DNA from: Octopus vulgaris | Taxonomy: Eukaryota | DNA: 64,000 bases | NCBI GenBank assembly: GCA_951406725.2 | Contig: OX597841.1 | Span: 19,034,001-19,098,000, forward strand | Direction: 5' to 3' | Part shown: positions 12,541 to 26,324 of the stretch, in pieces | Layout: each line of letters begins with the position of its first letter | Position numbering within the stretch: the stretch's first letter is position 1 | Notes under the pieces: model-generated | Told to the model about the DNA's origin: nothing | Database searches by the model: none | The model's input: only the letters and a program-made list of their open reading frames with translations | Made by a program: the position numbers and the translations under genes

Positions 12541-13171
12541 AAGAAAAAAATTAAGGAGATTAATAACTCAAGTAAGATCTTCGTTAATTCTGATAAGACA
12601 AGGAACTTATATGCACTTGATAAGGACGTTTACAAGTGTCTAATTTCGAATAGTGTCACAGATACATACAAAAAAGATAACACAAATATATACAAAGAGG
12701 TGAATTTGGAAGCAAGAAGAATAGCTAAAAATCTTAAGATTAGCGATAGGATAGAATATCTTTCCCCACGACCAGCTTTTATTACACTAGATGTCTTGCA
12801 AACAACTCGCACATGGAAGTGCTACCAGTTAAAAGCTCCGTATATCGGAAGCTAGCAAGTGTATGGGGTCATCAGGAGAGAATGCGAGCCGTTTCGGGGT
12901 CTACCTCTCGACGGCATCAATACGCACCAGCCCCCCTCACTGATATGAGGCCCCGCTTGCTAGATCAGCTGGTTATGAAGAACTCAATATACTTCTAGCC
13001 ATCGCTCATCGTCTCTTTATAAGACCATAAAGCCAATTTTGATAGAAACCTCAAATGTAGATTAATAAATCCAGCTAAATCTGAGATAGGCATTATTAGC
13101 AAATATATTTTGGACCGTATTTTAACTAAGTTAGATAGTGAATTAGATTTGAGAATTTGGAAGAATAGTTT

Positions 13172-13172
<1 letters not shown>
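12541..13172 (+). pseudogene. Penelope-like RT N-terminal fragment, interrupted by a HERO 3' end
   Basis: KIFVNSDKTRNLY...PAFITL (ends 12789) resumes at ~13023 as DHKANF...CRLINPAKSEIGIISKYILD, which overlaps the start of the RT at 35335 (SKEILDKIN). Confidence 0.85.
12790..13018 (-). mobile_element. HERO-like non-LTR retrotransposon 3' end
   Basis: Reverse-complement homolog of 63345-63578 (KRDDERWLEVY-stop plus 3' UTR). Confidence 0.8.
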
Positions 13173-13223
<51 letters not shown>

Positions 13224-13477
13224 TGTATAGGTGCATGTGTAAGAAGCTTGCTTCCCAACCACATGGTTCCAGGTTCAGTTCTACTGCATGGCACCTTGGG
13301 CAAGTGTCTTCTACTATAGCATGGGCCAACCAAAAGCCATGTGAGCAGATTTTTGTAGACAGAAGCTGAAAAAAAACTGTCATATGTATATATACACACA
13401 CAAAATGTAACTACATGTAGATTGTTGGTGACTTTTTTCCTCCGTCTTCCTTCTCTCTTGAACTTTCCTCTGTCTCC

Positions 13478-13514
13478 TGTTTCTGAAGAAGAGCTCTGCT
13501 TGAAACATTAAGCA
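13478..13514 (+). ncRNA. Minimal hammerhead motif (GAGC-stem family, CTGAAGA core)
   Basis: TGTTT-CTGAAGA-A-GAGC TCT GCTT-GAAA-CATT-AAGCA; CGTT to CATT is consistent with CpG decay. Confidence 0.7.
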
Positions 13515-13801
13515 ACCTTTCTTTCTTTCTTTCCCTGAGCATCCTTTAATACTTTGCATGTACCACGTTCTCATGTTGTTGTTTTTGTTGTGCTTTTGCT
13601 TCATGTTTTGGGGGGGATTTTATATATGTATATGTATATGTATATGATTCTATATCGAGTGAAAAAACGGTATGGACGATTTCTTTTGCAGTCTAGCAAT
13701 ACCATGTACACCTATGAGGATATACTTTCCCAATGGAACTCGGTTTTTCTCAAACTCTTTCTCAAACCTGTTACAATGTGAACAAGTCTTTGGTGTGGCA
13801 A

Positions 13802-13902
13802 TTGTACATGGCTGAAGAAGGCTTTTGACCTACCTGTTATATCAATTATGCATTGATATAAAAATGAGTTGTTCAATAAAGACCGAAACATATGTACTGC
13901 AA
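13802..13902 (+). ncRNA. Type I hammerhead-like motif with long stem II, weak stem I
   Basis: CTGAAGA 13812-13818; inner hairpin TTATATCAAT/ATTGATATAA; GAAA 13885-13888; CATATG palindrome; GTA triplet. Confidence 0.65.
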
Positions 13903-13965
13903 CATCCTTTGCGTCCTGTTTGACATTTACCACGTTTGATATATATATATATATATATATATATA

Positions 13966-14130
13966 GGCGCAGGAGTGGCTGTGTGGTAAGTAGCTTGCCT
14001 ACCAACCACATGGTTCCGGGTTCAGTCCCACTGCGTGGCACCTTGGGTAAGTGTCTTCTACTATAGCTTCGGGCCAACCAAAACCTTGTGAGTGGATTTG
14101 GTAGGCGGAAACTGAAAGAAGCCCATCATA

Positions 14131-14163
<33 letters not shown>

Positions 14164-14390
14164 GTGCGTGTATGTTTGTGTCTGTGTCTGTCCCCTTAGC
14201 ATTGCTTGACAACCGATGCTGGTGTGTTTATATCTCCGTCACTTAGCGGTTCGGCAAAAAGAGACCGATAATATAAGTACTGGGCTTACAAAGAATAAGT
14301 CCCGGGGTCGAGTTGCTCGATAAAGGCGGTGCTCCAGCATGGCCGCAGTCAAATGAGTGAAACAAGTAAAAGAGTAAAAGAGTAAAAGAG
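13966..14390 (+). mobile_element. tRNA-derived SINE, family A (full length)
   Basis: A box TGGCTGTGTGG, B box GGTTCAGTCCC, internal (TA)/(TG) tract, (GTAAAAGA)n tail; more than 10 full or partial copies in the window, including partials at 13229, 14418, 32965 and 53085. Confidence 0.9.
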
Positions 14391-14592
14391 TATATATATA
14401 TATATATATATATATATACGACAGGTTTTTTTTTCAGTTTCTGTCTACAAAGATTTGCTCACATGGCTTTTGGTTGTCCCAAGGCTATAGTAGAATACAC
14501 TTGCCCAAGGTGCCACCCAGTAGAACTGAACCTGGAACCATGTGGTTGAGAAGCAAGCTTGTTACCATACAGTCACACATGAACCTATACAT

Positions 14593-14719
<127 letters not shown>

Positions 14720-14725
14720 ATATAC

Positions 14726-14797
<72 letters not shown>

Positions 14798-15244
14798 GTA
14801 TATATACATATATATGTATGTGTATATATGTATATATATATGTATATACATATATTTGTGTGTTTGTGTCTGTCTTTGTCCCCCCCACCATCGCTTCACA
14901 AATGATGTGGGTGTGTTCATGCCCCCCCCCAACTTAACGGTTCAACAAAACTGACCGTTAGGATGAGAGGTTTTCTTTGACTCAAAGCCAGGAAGGTTCC
15001 AGTGACCCGTTGCATAAATAATAACCCTTTCTACCAAAGGAATGGGGCCAGCAATATTGAGGGAGTTGCTAAGTTGAGTACATTGCAACCAGTCCTCAAC
15101 TGGTCCTTAATTCATCGACCCCAGGAGGATGACAGGCAAAGCAGGCCTCGGAGGATTATGAACTCGGATCGTAAAGAAGGGCGAAATACTGTTAAGCATT
15201 TTGCACAGCTTGCCAACGGTTCTGGCAGTTTGTTGTCTTGATTG

Positions 15245-15425
15245 AGAAGGAGGAGGAGGAGGAGGAGGAGGAGAAGAAGAAGAAGAAGAAGAAGAAGAAG
15301 AAGAAGGCAGAGGAGGAGAAGGAGGAGGAGAAAAAGAAGAAGAAGAAGAAGAACAACAACAACAACAACAACAGCAGCAGCAGCAGCAACTATGACTGAT
15401 ACTACCACCACCACCACCACAACTG

Positions 15426-15522
<97 letters not shown>

Positions 15523-15662
15523 AACCACCACCACCACCACCACCACCACTACTACTACTATTACTACTACTACTGCTGCTGCTGCTACTTCTACTATTAC
15601 CACCACCACCATTACTACTACTACTACTACTACTACTACTATTATTATTATTATTATTATTG
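15245..15662. repeat. Compound trinucleotide microsatellite (GAG/GAA/AAC/ACC/ACT/ATT)
   Basis: Direct reading. Confidence 0.95.
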
Positions 15663-16075
15663 CTACTGACAACACATTGTCTCCTTGAGCAAGACACTTT
15701 ATTTTCACTTTATTGCCCCAGTCCACTCGGCTGGCAAAAATGAGTTGGACCTGTAATTCACAGGGGGCCAGCTTTGTCACACTCTGTGTCACGCTGAATC
15801 TCCCTGAGAGCTACGTTAAGGGTACATGTGTCTGTGGAGTACTCAGCCACTTGCACGTTAACTTCACGAGCAGGCTGTTCCATTGATCGGATCGACTGGG
15901 ACCCTCGTCGTCGTAAGGGACAGAGGTTTGTTGTTGTTGTTGTTGTTGATATTTCACTCACGCACAGCGATGGTAAGGGCTTGATGGTTAGAAGACCATC
16001 GGACGAGTGGAAACGGAAGATCAGTTCTTGTTCCCATGTCATTAAGTTCATTTCTTGATGGATAGATAGATAGAT

Positions 16076-16110
<35 letters not shown>

Positions 16111-16202
16111 AGGTAAATAGATAGAGAGGGGTAGAGAGATAGAGAGAGACAGACAGACAGAGAGGGAACAGAAGGGGTACATAGATGGATAGAGAGAGAG
16201 AG

Positions 16203-16274
<72 letters not shown>

Positions 16275-16517
16275 TGGAGGGAGGGAGGGGGGAGGGGGGA
16301 GAGGGAAGAAGGGAGGGAGATAGATATATAGATAGAGAAAGAGAGAGGGAGAGGCAGATAGATAGATAGATAGATAGACAGAGAGAGAGAGAGAGAGAGA
16401 GAGAGTGAGAGAGAGAAATAGACAGATAGAAAGATAGATAGACAGACAGACAGACAGATAGATAGATAAATAGATAGATAGAGAAAGAGAGAGAGAGAGA
16501 GAAATAGACAGATAGAA

Positions 16518-16548
<31 letters not shown>

Positions 16549-16797
16549 TAGATAGGTACATACATACATAGATACACACACACAGACACATGTATGTATT
16601 ATGTAAGTAGGTAGGTACTTCTACGTTGTAGCTTGACCAGTTAGAAAAAGCAGCCAAATCTCCCTCAAATCACACCCTACTCTCTTATCTATGTATATAT
16701 GTACGTATGAGCCAATGAGGGAGACCTCTACCTTAGTAGCTAGACCTTCTAGAAATAGCAACCAAATCTCCCTCAAATCACACCCAACTATCTTATC

Positions 16798-17191
16798 TCT
16801 CTTACTCTTTTACTCTTTTACTTGTTTCAGTCATTTGACTGCAGCCATGCTGGAGCACTGCCTTTAGTCGAGTAAATCGACCCCGGGACTAATTCTTTGT
16901 AAGCCCAGTACTTATTCTATCGGTCTCTTTTGCCGAACCGCTATGTGACGGGGACATAAACACACCAGCATCAGTTGTCAAGCAATGCTAGGGAAACAAA
17001 CACAGACACACACATATATACATATATACGACGGGCTTCTTTCAGTTTCCGCCTACCAAATCCACTCACAAGGCTTTGGTCGGCCCGAGGCTATAGTAGA
17101 AGACACTTGCCCAAGGTGCCACGCAGTGGGACTGAACCCAGAACCATGTGGCTGGTAAACAAGCTACTTACCACACAGCCACTCCTGCGCC
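16798..17191 (-). mobile_element. tRNA-derived SINE, family A
   Basis: Reverse-complement homolog of 13966-14390. Confidence 0.9.
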
Positions 17192-17421
17192 TATGTACAT
17201 ATGTATATAAGATCCAACAAGGTTGGCCTCTAAATGGTAGCTGGATCTGCTTGAAATAGCAGCCAAATCTCCCTCAAATCACACCCAACTGTCTTATGTA
17301 TGAACGTAGGTATGTATCTATCTACGTATGTGTGTATGAATGTAGGTATGTATATATGTGTGTTTGTATGTATATTTTATATATATATATATATTGAGAT
17401 ATATATTTTATATATATATAA

Positions 17422-17597
17422 GGCACAGGAGTGGCAGTGTGGTAAGTACCTTGCTAACCAACCACATGGTTCCAGGTTCAGTCCCACTGCGTGGCACCTT
17501 GGGCAAGTGACTTCTGCTACAGCCCCGGGCCGACCAATGCCTTGTGAGTGGATTTGGTAGACGGAAACTTAAAAGAAGCTTGTCGTATATATGTATG

Positions 17598-17628
<31 letters not shown>

Positions 17629-17840
17629 TTGTGTGTCTGTGTTTGTCTCCCTAGCATTGCTTGACAACCGATGCTGGTGTGTTTACGTCCCCTTCACTTA
17701 GCGGTTTGGCAAAAGAGACCGATAGAATAAGTACTGGGCTTACTAAGAATAAGTCCCAGGGTCAATTTGCTCGACTAAAAGCGGTGCTCCAGCATGGCCA
17801 CAGTCAAATGACTGAAACAAGTAAAAGAGAGTAAAAGAGA
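17422..17840 (+). mobile_element. tRNA-derived SINE, family A
   Basis: Homolog of 13966-14390. Confidence 0.9.
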
Positions 17841-18624
17841 ATATATATATATATATTGAGATATATATTATATATATATATATATTATATATATATATAT
17901 ATGTGTGTGTATGTATGTATGTATGTATGTATGTATGTATGTTTGTATAGAAATAGTAGCCAAATCTTCCTGAAATCGTAATCTACTCCTTTATGTGTGT
18001 GTGTGTATGTGTGAGCCTAAGGAGAAGACTTCTATGTGGTAGCTAGGCTTGGCTAGAAATAGCAGACAAATCTCCTTCGAATCAAACACTGCTGTCTTAT
18101 GTACAAATGCATTAATGAGTCAAAGAGAGAGACCACTACATGGTAGCTAGACCTGTTAGAAATAGTCACTAAACCACCCTCAAATCTCACACATCTATCT
18201 CTGTAGAATGCAGAACAACAGACAATATTTGTTTTTACAGAACTGCGAAGAACATGGCTGGAAATTATTTGCTGGTTGATGCTGGCCAAATCAGGGCCGG
18301 CCCAGGAGCAGACAACTTCTGCATTTATAACAACAACGACAACAACAATGAAAGCAGTAGTAGCGCTAGCAAAGCAGACGCTGCACATCTCAAACAGGTG
18401 TAAATTTTGCAGCAGAGACTGTAGCAACTTCGTTTGCAGCCTCTGCTGCTTCTGCAGCTGCTAAAAGTGCATTCTGCTGCACAGCAAACGATTAACTTTC
18501 CGTGGTGCTTTCTATTGATGCTGCATCCTACAAGCAAAGTGCATCCTGCTAAATGCATCCGGTTTGCTAAAGATGAAATTTGCTGCTCCATCTGCTCCGT
18601 CAGCGAGAAAAGTTTTGCAGCAGA

Positions 18625-21600
18625 TACTCAAGCTGCACTCACATATTGAGGCTGCACTCTGCTATCTCTGTTGCAATGTTCTACTCAAATCAGAGCAGCA
18701 GCTACTCAAGCTGCACTCACAAATTGAGGTTGCACTCTGCTGTCCGTGGTGCAATATTCTACTCTAACAACTACTCAAGCGGCACTCACATATTGAGGTT
18801 GCACTCTGCTGTCCGTGGTGTAATATTCTACTCTAACAGCTACTCAAGCTGCACTCACATATTGAGGTTGCACTCTGCTATCCCTGTTGCAATGTTCTTC
18901 TCAAATCAGAGCAGCAACTACTCAAGCTGCACTCACATATTGAGGCTGCACTCTGCTATCTCTGTTGCAATGTTCTACTCAAATCAGGGCAGCAGCTACT
19001 CAAGCTGCACTCACATATTGAGGTTGCACTCTGCTTCCATGGTGTAATATTCTACTCTAACAGCTACTCAAGCTGCACTCGCATATTGAGGCTGCACTCT
19101 GCTATCCCTGTTGCAATGTTCTACTCTAACAGCTACTCAAGCTGCACTCACATATTGAGGCTGCACTCTGCTATCCCTGTTGCAATGTTCTACTCAAATC
19201 AGGGCAGCAGCTACTCAAGCTGCACTCACATATTGTGGTTGCACTCTGCTGTCCATGGTGTAATATTCTACTCTAACAGCTACTCAAGCTGCACTCACAT
19301 ATTGAGGTTGCACTCTGCTATCCCTGTTGCAATGTTCTTCTCAAATCAGAGCAGCAACTTCTCAAGCTGCACTCACATATTGAGGTTGCACTCTGCTGTC
19401 CGTGGTGCAATATTCTACACTAACAGCTACTCAAGCTGCACTCACATATTGAGGTTGCACTCTGCTTCCATGGTGTAATATTCTACTCTAACAGCTACTC
19501 AAGCTGCACTCACATATTGAGGTTGCACTCTGCTTCCATGGTGTAATATTCTACTCTAACAGCTACTCAAGGTGCACTCACATATTGAGGCTGCACTCTG
19601 TTATCTCTGTGGCAATGTTCTACTCAAATCAGGGCAGCAACTACTCAAGCTGCACTCACATATTGAGGTTGCACTCTGCTGTCCGTGGTGTAATATTCTA
19701 CTCTAACAGCTACTCAAGCTGCACTCACATATTGAGGCTGCACTCTGCTATCTCTGTTGCAATGTTCTACCCAAATCAGGGCAGCAGCTACTCAAGCTAC
19801 ACTCACATATTGAGGTTGCACTCTGCTTCCATGGTGTAATATTCTACTCTAACAGCTACTCAAGCTGCACTCGCATATTGAGGCTGCACTCTGCTATCCC
19901 TGTTGCAATGTTCTACTCAAATCAGGGCAGCAACTATTCAAGCTGCACTCACATATTGAGGCTGCACTCTGCTATCCCTGTTGCAATGTTCTTCTCAAAT
20001 CAGAGCAGCAACTACTCAATCTGCACTCACATATTGATATTGAGGCTGCACTCTGCTATCCCTGTTGCAATGTTCTTCTCAAATCAGAGCAGCAACTACT
20101 CAAGCTACACTCACATATTGAGGCTGCACTCTGCTATCCCTGTTGCAATGTTCTACTCAAATCAGGGCAGCAGCTACTCAAGCTGCACTCACATATTGAG
20201 GTTGCACTCTGCTGTCCGTGGTGTAATATTCTACTCTAACAGCTACTCAAGCTGCACTCACATATTGTGGTTGCACTCTGCTTCCATGGTGTAATATTCT
20301 ACTCTAACAGCTACTCAAGCTGCACTCACATATTGAGGCTGCACTCTGCTATCCCTATTGCAATGTTCTACTCAAATCAGGGTAGCAGCTACTCAAGCTG
20401 CACTCACATATTGAGGCTGCACTCTGCTATCCCTGTTGCAATGTTCTTCTCAAATCAGGGCAGCAACTACTCAAGCTACACTCACATATTGAGGCTGCAC
20501 TCTGCTATCCCTGTTGCAATGTTCTACTCAAATCAGGGCTGCAGCTACTCAAGCTGCACTCACATATTGAGGTTGCACTCTGCTTACATGGTGTAATATT
20601 CTACTCTAACAGCTACTCAAGCTGCACTCACATATTGAAGTTGCACTCTGCTGTCCGTGGTGTAATATTCTACTCTAACAGCTACTCAAGCTGCACTCAC
20701 ATATTGAAGTTGCACTCTGCTGTCCGTGGTGTAATATTCTACTCTAACAGCTACTCAAGCTGCACTCACATATTGAGGCTGCACTCTGCTTTCCCTGTTG
20801 CAATGTTCTACTCAAATCAGGGCAGCAGCTACTCAAGCTGCACTCACATATTGAGGTTGCACTCTGCTTCCATGGTGTAATATTCTACTCTAACAGCTAC
20901 TCAAGCTGCACTCACATATTGAAGTTGCACTCTGCTGTCCGTGGTTGCAATATTCTACTCTAACAGCAGTTACTCAAGCTGCACTCACATATTGAGGTTG
21001 CACTCTGCTATCCCTGTTGTAATGTTCTACTCAAATCTGGGCAGCAGTTACTCAAGCTGCACTCACATATTGAGGCTGCACTCTGCTATCCCTGTTGCAA
21101 TGTTCTACTCAAATCAGGGCAGCAGCTACTCAAGCTGCACTCACATATTGAGGCTGCACTCTGCTATCCCTGTTGCAATGTTCTACTCAAATCTGGGCAG
21201 CAGTTACTGAAGCTGCACTCACATATTGAGGCTGCACTCTGCTATCCCTGTGGTGTAATATTCTACTCTAACAGCTACTCAAGCTGCACTCACATATTGA
21301 GGTTGCACTCTGCTATCCCTGTTGCAATGTTCTACTCAAATCAGAGCAGCAACTACTCAAGCTGCACTCACATATCGAGGTTGCACTCTGCTGTCCATGG
21401 TGCAATATTCTACTCTAACAGCTACTCAAACTGCACTCACATATTGAAGCTGCACTCTGCTATCCCTGTTGCAATGTTCTACTCAAACCAGAGCAGCAGC
21501 TACTCAAGCTACACTCACATTTTGAGGTTGCCCTCTGCTGTTCATAGTGCAATGTCCTACTCAAATTATTCAAGCAGCTACTCAAGCTGCACTCACATGT

Positions 21601-21697
21601 TGAGGCTGCACTCTACTATCCACGGTGCATTATTCCACTCAAATTAGACCAGCATCTACTCAATCTACACTCACCTACTGAGGCTGCACTCTGCTAC
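18625..21697. repeat. ~3.1 kb minisatellite of 78/69/68-bp variant units
   Basis: Constant CTCAAGCTGCACTCACATATTGAGG(C/T)TGCACTCTGCT head with alternative tails; roughly 40 units. Confidence 0.95.
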
Positions 21698-22049
21698 CCA
21701 ACATAAAGCATTCTTGCTAAGGTGCAGCAGAATATACTGGAAGTGCACTCTGCTGTGTAATTGTGCAGCAATCTCCATGCAAGCTACACTCTGACATTGA
21801 AGCTGCACTCTAATTCTGGAGGTGCACTCTACTATTTTGCTTAAAGTACGTGCTGCACTCGGATTGCAGTGGAATTAGCTGCTGATGGTCTCTTCTGCAA
21901 CTAAATCTGCATTCTTGCTATTGGTGTTGAGCTCTGCATCGGTTGCAACTGCACTCTGCTGTTGTTCTGGTGTTACTCGATGATGTCAAGGTTTGGAAGG
22001 AGAAACGGAAAATACGGAAGAGGACAGCCATGGAGAAGAGTGAGAAGAG

Positions 22050-22534
22050 GAAGCAAGAAATGAAGAATGAGAGGGGGAGATGAAGAAGGAGAGGAGACAG
22101 AGAGAGAGAGGGAGATGAAGAAAGAGAGGAGACAGAGAGAGAGGGGGAGACGAAGAAAGAGAGGAGACAGAGAGAGAGGGGGAGAGGAAGAAATAGAGGA
22201 GACAGAGAGAGAGGGGGATATGAAGAAAGAGAGGAGACAGAGAGAGAGGGGTAGAGTAAGAAAGAGAGGAGACGGAGCGAGAGGGGGAGATGAAGAAAGA
22301 GAGGAGACAGAGAGAGAGGGGGAGATGAAGAAAGTGAGAGATGATTAAGAGAGAGAGGAGATAGGGGTAGATAGATGCATAGAGAAAGGGGGAGTAGAAT
22401 GATGTAAATGGTGGTGCCCCAGCATGGCCACAGCTCATGAGCTGAAACAAGATGAAATGAAATGAAATAAAATAAAATAAAATAAAGTGTTGTATGAAGG
22501 AAGAGAAGAAGAGACAGAAACAGAGGTAAAAATA

Positions 22535-22593
<59 letters not shown>

Positions 22594-23259
22594 GGGAGAG
22601 AGAGAGAGAGAGAGAAGAGAGACAGAGAGACAGAGAGTGTGTGTAGAACGAAGCAGACTGTAGTTCTGAGGAGGAAATAGAGGGGATAGATAGGTAGAGA
22701 GGGAGTAGGAGGGAGACTGAGAGGGAGTAGGAGAAAGAGAGAGCGGGAGGAGGAGGAATACTGAGAGGGAGTAGGAGAAAGAGAGGGAGGAGGAGGAAGA
22801 CTGAGAGGGAGTAGGAGAATGAGTGAGAGGGAGGAGGAGGAAGACTGAGAGGGAGTAGGAGAATGAGTGAGAGGGAGGTGGAGGAAGACTGAGAGGGAGT
22901 AGGAGAAAGAGTGAGAGGGAGTAGGAGGAAGACTGAGAGGGAGGAGGAGGAAGACTGAGAGGGAGGAGGAGGAAGACTGAGGGAGGAGGAGGAAGAGTGA
23001 GAGGGAGGAGGAAGACTGAGAGGGAGGAGGAGGAAGACTGAGAGGGAGTAGGAGAAAGAGTGAGAGGGAGTAGGAGGAAGTCTGAGAGGGAAATTCAATG
23101 AAAAAGCAGACGACATGTAATGGAGAAGGAAGAAGGAAGAGATAGAAGAGTGAGAGAGGGAAAGGTAAGTGAGAGAGAGAGAGAAAGAGAGAAAAGGAGA
23201 AGGAGAGTGATATAGACAGACAGATAGAGGATTAGTGAGAGAGAGAGAGAGTGAGAGAG

Positions 23260-23290
<31 letters not shown>

Positions 23291-23445
23291 AAGGAGAGTG
23301 ATATAGACAGACAGATAGAGGATTAGTGAGAGAGAGAGAGAGTGAGAGAGGAGAGAGAGAGAGTGAGAGAGAGAGAGAAAAGGAGAAGGAGAGTGATATA
23401 GACAGACAGATAGAGGATTAGTGAGAGAGAGAGAGAGTGAGAGAG

Positions 23446-23476
<31 letters not shown>

Positions 23477-23660
23477 GGAGAAGGAGAGTGATATAGACAG
23501 ACAGATAGAGGATTAGTGAGAGAGAGAGAGTGAGAGAGGAGAGAGAGAGAGAGAGAGAGAAAAGGAGAAGGAGAGTGATATAGACAGACAGATAGAGGAT
23601 TAGTGAGAGAGAGAGAGAGAGTGAAAGAGGAGAGAGAGAGAGTGAGAGAGGAGAGAGAGA
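22050..23660. repeat. Purine-rich tract with ~33-bp, ~21-bp and ~95-bp tandem units
   Basis: For example GAGAAAAGGAGAAGGAGAGTGATATAGACAGACAGATAGAGGATTAGTG recurs five times at 23190-23606. Confidence 0.9.
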
Positions 23661-24997
23661 AAGAGAAAGTGTGTGTGACTGGGACAATGGGAAGGGGATA
23701 TAAGAAAAATAGAAAAGAGAAACAGGAAGGAAATGAGAGGGGGAGAGGAGGAGCGAGAGAGAGGGAGAGAGAGAGAGCATGTAGAACAGAGAGTGAGAGA
23801 AGGAAAGAGGCGAAACGTTTGATGTGGTGGCGATGGGGATGGTGGGGTGTAGTGTGAGGCAGTAAGACGGATATGAGAGAGGGGGAGTGGAGTACAAAAA
23901 AATAAAAGGTTGTTTTGTTATATAGAGGGAAGCATGAGGAGTGGGAGGGAGTCGAGTGATAGAGAACAGATAGGGAAGGGTTGGAGTGAAAGGAAGAGGG
24001 TATTGAGGGAGCTGGGGTTAGAGAGGAGGAAGGGGAGGAAGGGGAGGAAGTAAACTGACAGTGAGAGTAGAAGGTAGAGAGAGAGAGAGGGGGGAGAGAG
24101 ACAAAGAGAAAGGCAGGAGAAGCAATGAGAAATAGTATTACCCACCATGACCACCACTGCAGGTTGTTATCATGGTACCGGACCAGACAAACCGACCTGT
24201 GATCAGTGCCAGGGGCCTCACAGGTCTTGGTGCCCCACCTCAGTAATGTCATAACTTACAGATGTCCTATGATCAAAGACAAGCCAGAAATGACCAGCCC
24301 TTCACATTTTCCTGTTGACTACATACAAACATTCTTTTTTTTTTAAGATTTGAGGGAGATTTGGCTGCTATTTCTACGAGCTCTAGCAATCATATAGAGG
24401 TCTCCCTCCTTGGCTCATATTTATATAAATAGATACAGCAGTAGGGTGTAATTTGAGGGCGATTTGGTTACTATTTCTGATAGGTCTAGTTATCATGCAG
24501 ACGTCTCCTACATTCATGCATACACACACATGTAAAGACAGTAGAGTATGGCTGAGAGTATGGTTTGAGGGCTGCTGAGCATACCAGGTCTTACTAGCAT
24601 CCAGAGGTCATCCACTGGCATGGCCATCTTCCTCTTTGGCTCATACATGCATACATATATATATACAAATATACATATATATGTATATATATATATATAT
24701 ATACATACATACATGCATGCATGCATGCATACATACATACACATACATACACACATACAAACAAACCTACATACAAAAATATATACATATGTAAATACAT
24801 AATACATACATACATACATACAAACATACATACATACAAACATACATACATACATGAGACAACAGAATGTGACTTGAGGGAGATTTGATCGCTATTCCCA
24901 ATAGCTCTAGCAACCATGGGTCACCCTTATTGGCTCATACATACATACACAAACACATATACATACATAGTTACATACTTACATATATACACATATA

Positions 24998-25050
<53 letters not shown>

Positions 25051-25061
25051 GTATGTATATA

Positions 25062-25450
25062 CTAGCAGGGTCACCCAGCGTTGCTTGGGTTTGTTTCGAC
25101 CCTTTAGAGTTGGAATTTTTGAAAAGTAAAAATTTTGCATTATGTAGCTTGTTATTATCTTTAATTGAACATTTTTCTGGTTGAAATATACTGAAAAATG
25201 GTGACACAGCAGTCAAAAAATTATAAAAAATAGGGATTTTCATAGAAAAAAGAAGCACCATTTTGATGTAAATAATTTTTGGTGTTAACATGGTCCGATT
25301 TGAATTTTTTCTTCTACAGAAGGAAGAGCAAGCCTTCTATCATACTCTCAATTTTGGTCAACTTGCGCCACAGGTTCTCAGAGGAGATAGGGTTAGTTGA
25401 AGGCTACCAAACCTGCCATGCACTGATAACTTTAGCTTTATATAATTAGA
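25062..25450 (-). mobile_element. Non-autonomous Helitron (uninterrupted copy)
   Basis: Reverse-complement homolog of 8121-8830; A|TC start, hairpin plus CTAG|T end. Confidence 0.85.
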
Positions 25451-26324
25451 TATACATACATACATACATACATACATACACACACACGTACACACATACA
25501 TACATACACACATACATACATACACACACACACATACATACATACATACATACATACATACATACACACACACGTACACACATACATACATACATAAGAC
25601 AGTAGGGTGTAATTTGGGGGAGATTGGCTGCTATTTCTGTCAGATCTACCTAATATAAAGAGTTATCCACCGTTGGTAATTAGGATATATGATAAAAGTA
25701 ACTTAACGCATGTGACCCCCAAATTTTTAGTCCCCATTATTTCTGTACATCAATCTCGTTGTAAACCAGGTACTGTAACTTGTGACGAGGCCGTCTTAAG
25801 GTGAGGACACAGCCGGCAGTTACCCAGGGACCCCACGTATCTCGGACCCCCAATTCAGATCTTTGTTAATACATAAACACTTTAGGGCTCAGTACATTAA
25901 TTTTCCCTGGGAAGTTTGGGGTTCACAATGCAGCTAATATGGCCCTGCCCTGTAACATGCAGGGGCTTACTGTATGATGCAATATCGTATGATGGCAGAG
26001 CAGAATGGAGAGCAAGTGAAAACTCCCTAGGGAGCGAATGGGGAGCAGAAAGCATCTTCAGAGGAAGAATTCCCATTAAGAAAGTATTTGATCTGTTAGT
26101 TCCTGACACTGAAAGGAAGCTGGACCCACCTTGGTTTGGGTCCTGGGTGACATCCTGCTCTTTTAAAATTCCATCTTTCGTGGGGATTTGAACCCTGGAC
26201 CTTCAGATGATCATAATTCCTTGAATAGCTGGTATATACCGCTCGGCCATGAAGATCACTGAAAGAACTTTTCATTGTGGGTCTACAACGAATGGGTTTT
26301 CCACTTGCTATTCTCCATTTAGGG

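Larger units (their letters stand above)
16620..18200 (+). repeat. Cluster of ~90-bp TAGAAATAGCAGCCAAATCTCCCTCAAATCACACC units separated by microsatellites and SINEs
   Basis: Units near 16620, 16709, 17215, 17948, 18015 and 18118; further copies on the minus strand at 24347, 24437, 24860 and 25597, and on the plus strand at 52580 and 52695. Confidence 0.8.

Noticed and set aside
16620-18200. Repeat-spacer pattern and CTAGAAATAGC resembling a CRISPR array or sgRNA scaffold
   Set aside because: The context is eukaryotic, spacing is irregular, the spacers are microsatellites and SINEs, there are no cas genes, and the match is only a GNRA hairpin.
18580-21647. Repetitive ORFs (YSSCTHILRLHSA...) as a real protein
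   Set aside because: Repeatedly broken by 68-bp units and stops; kept only as a minisatellite.
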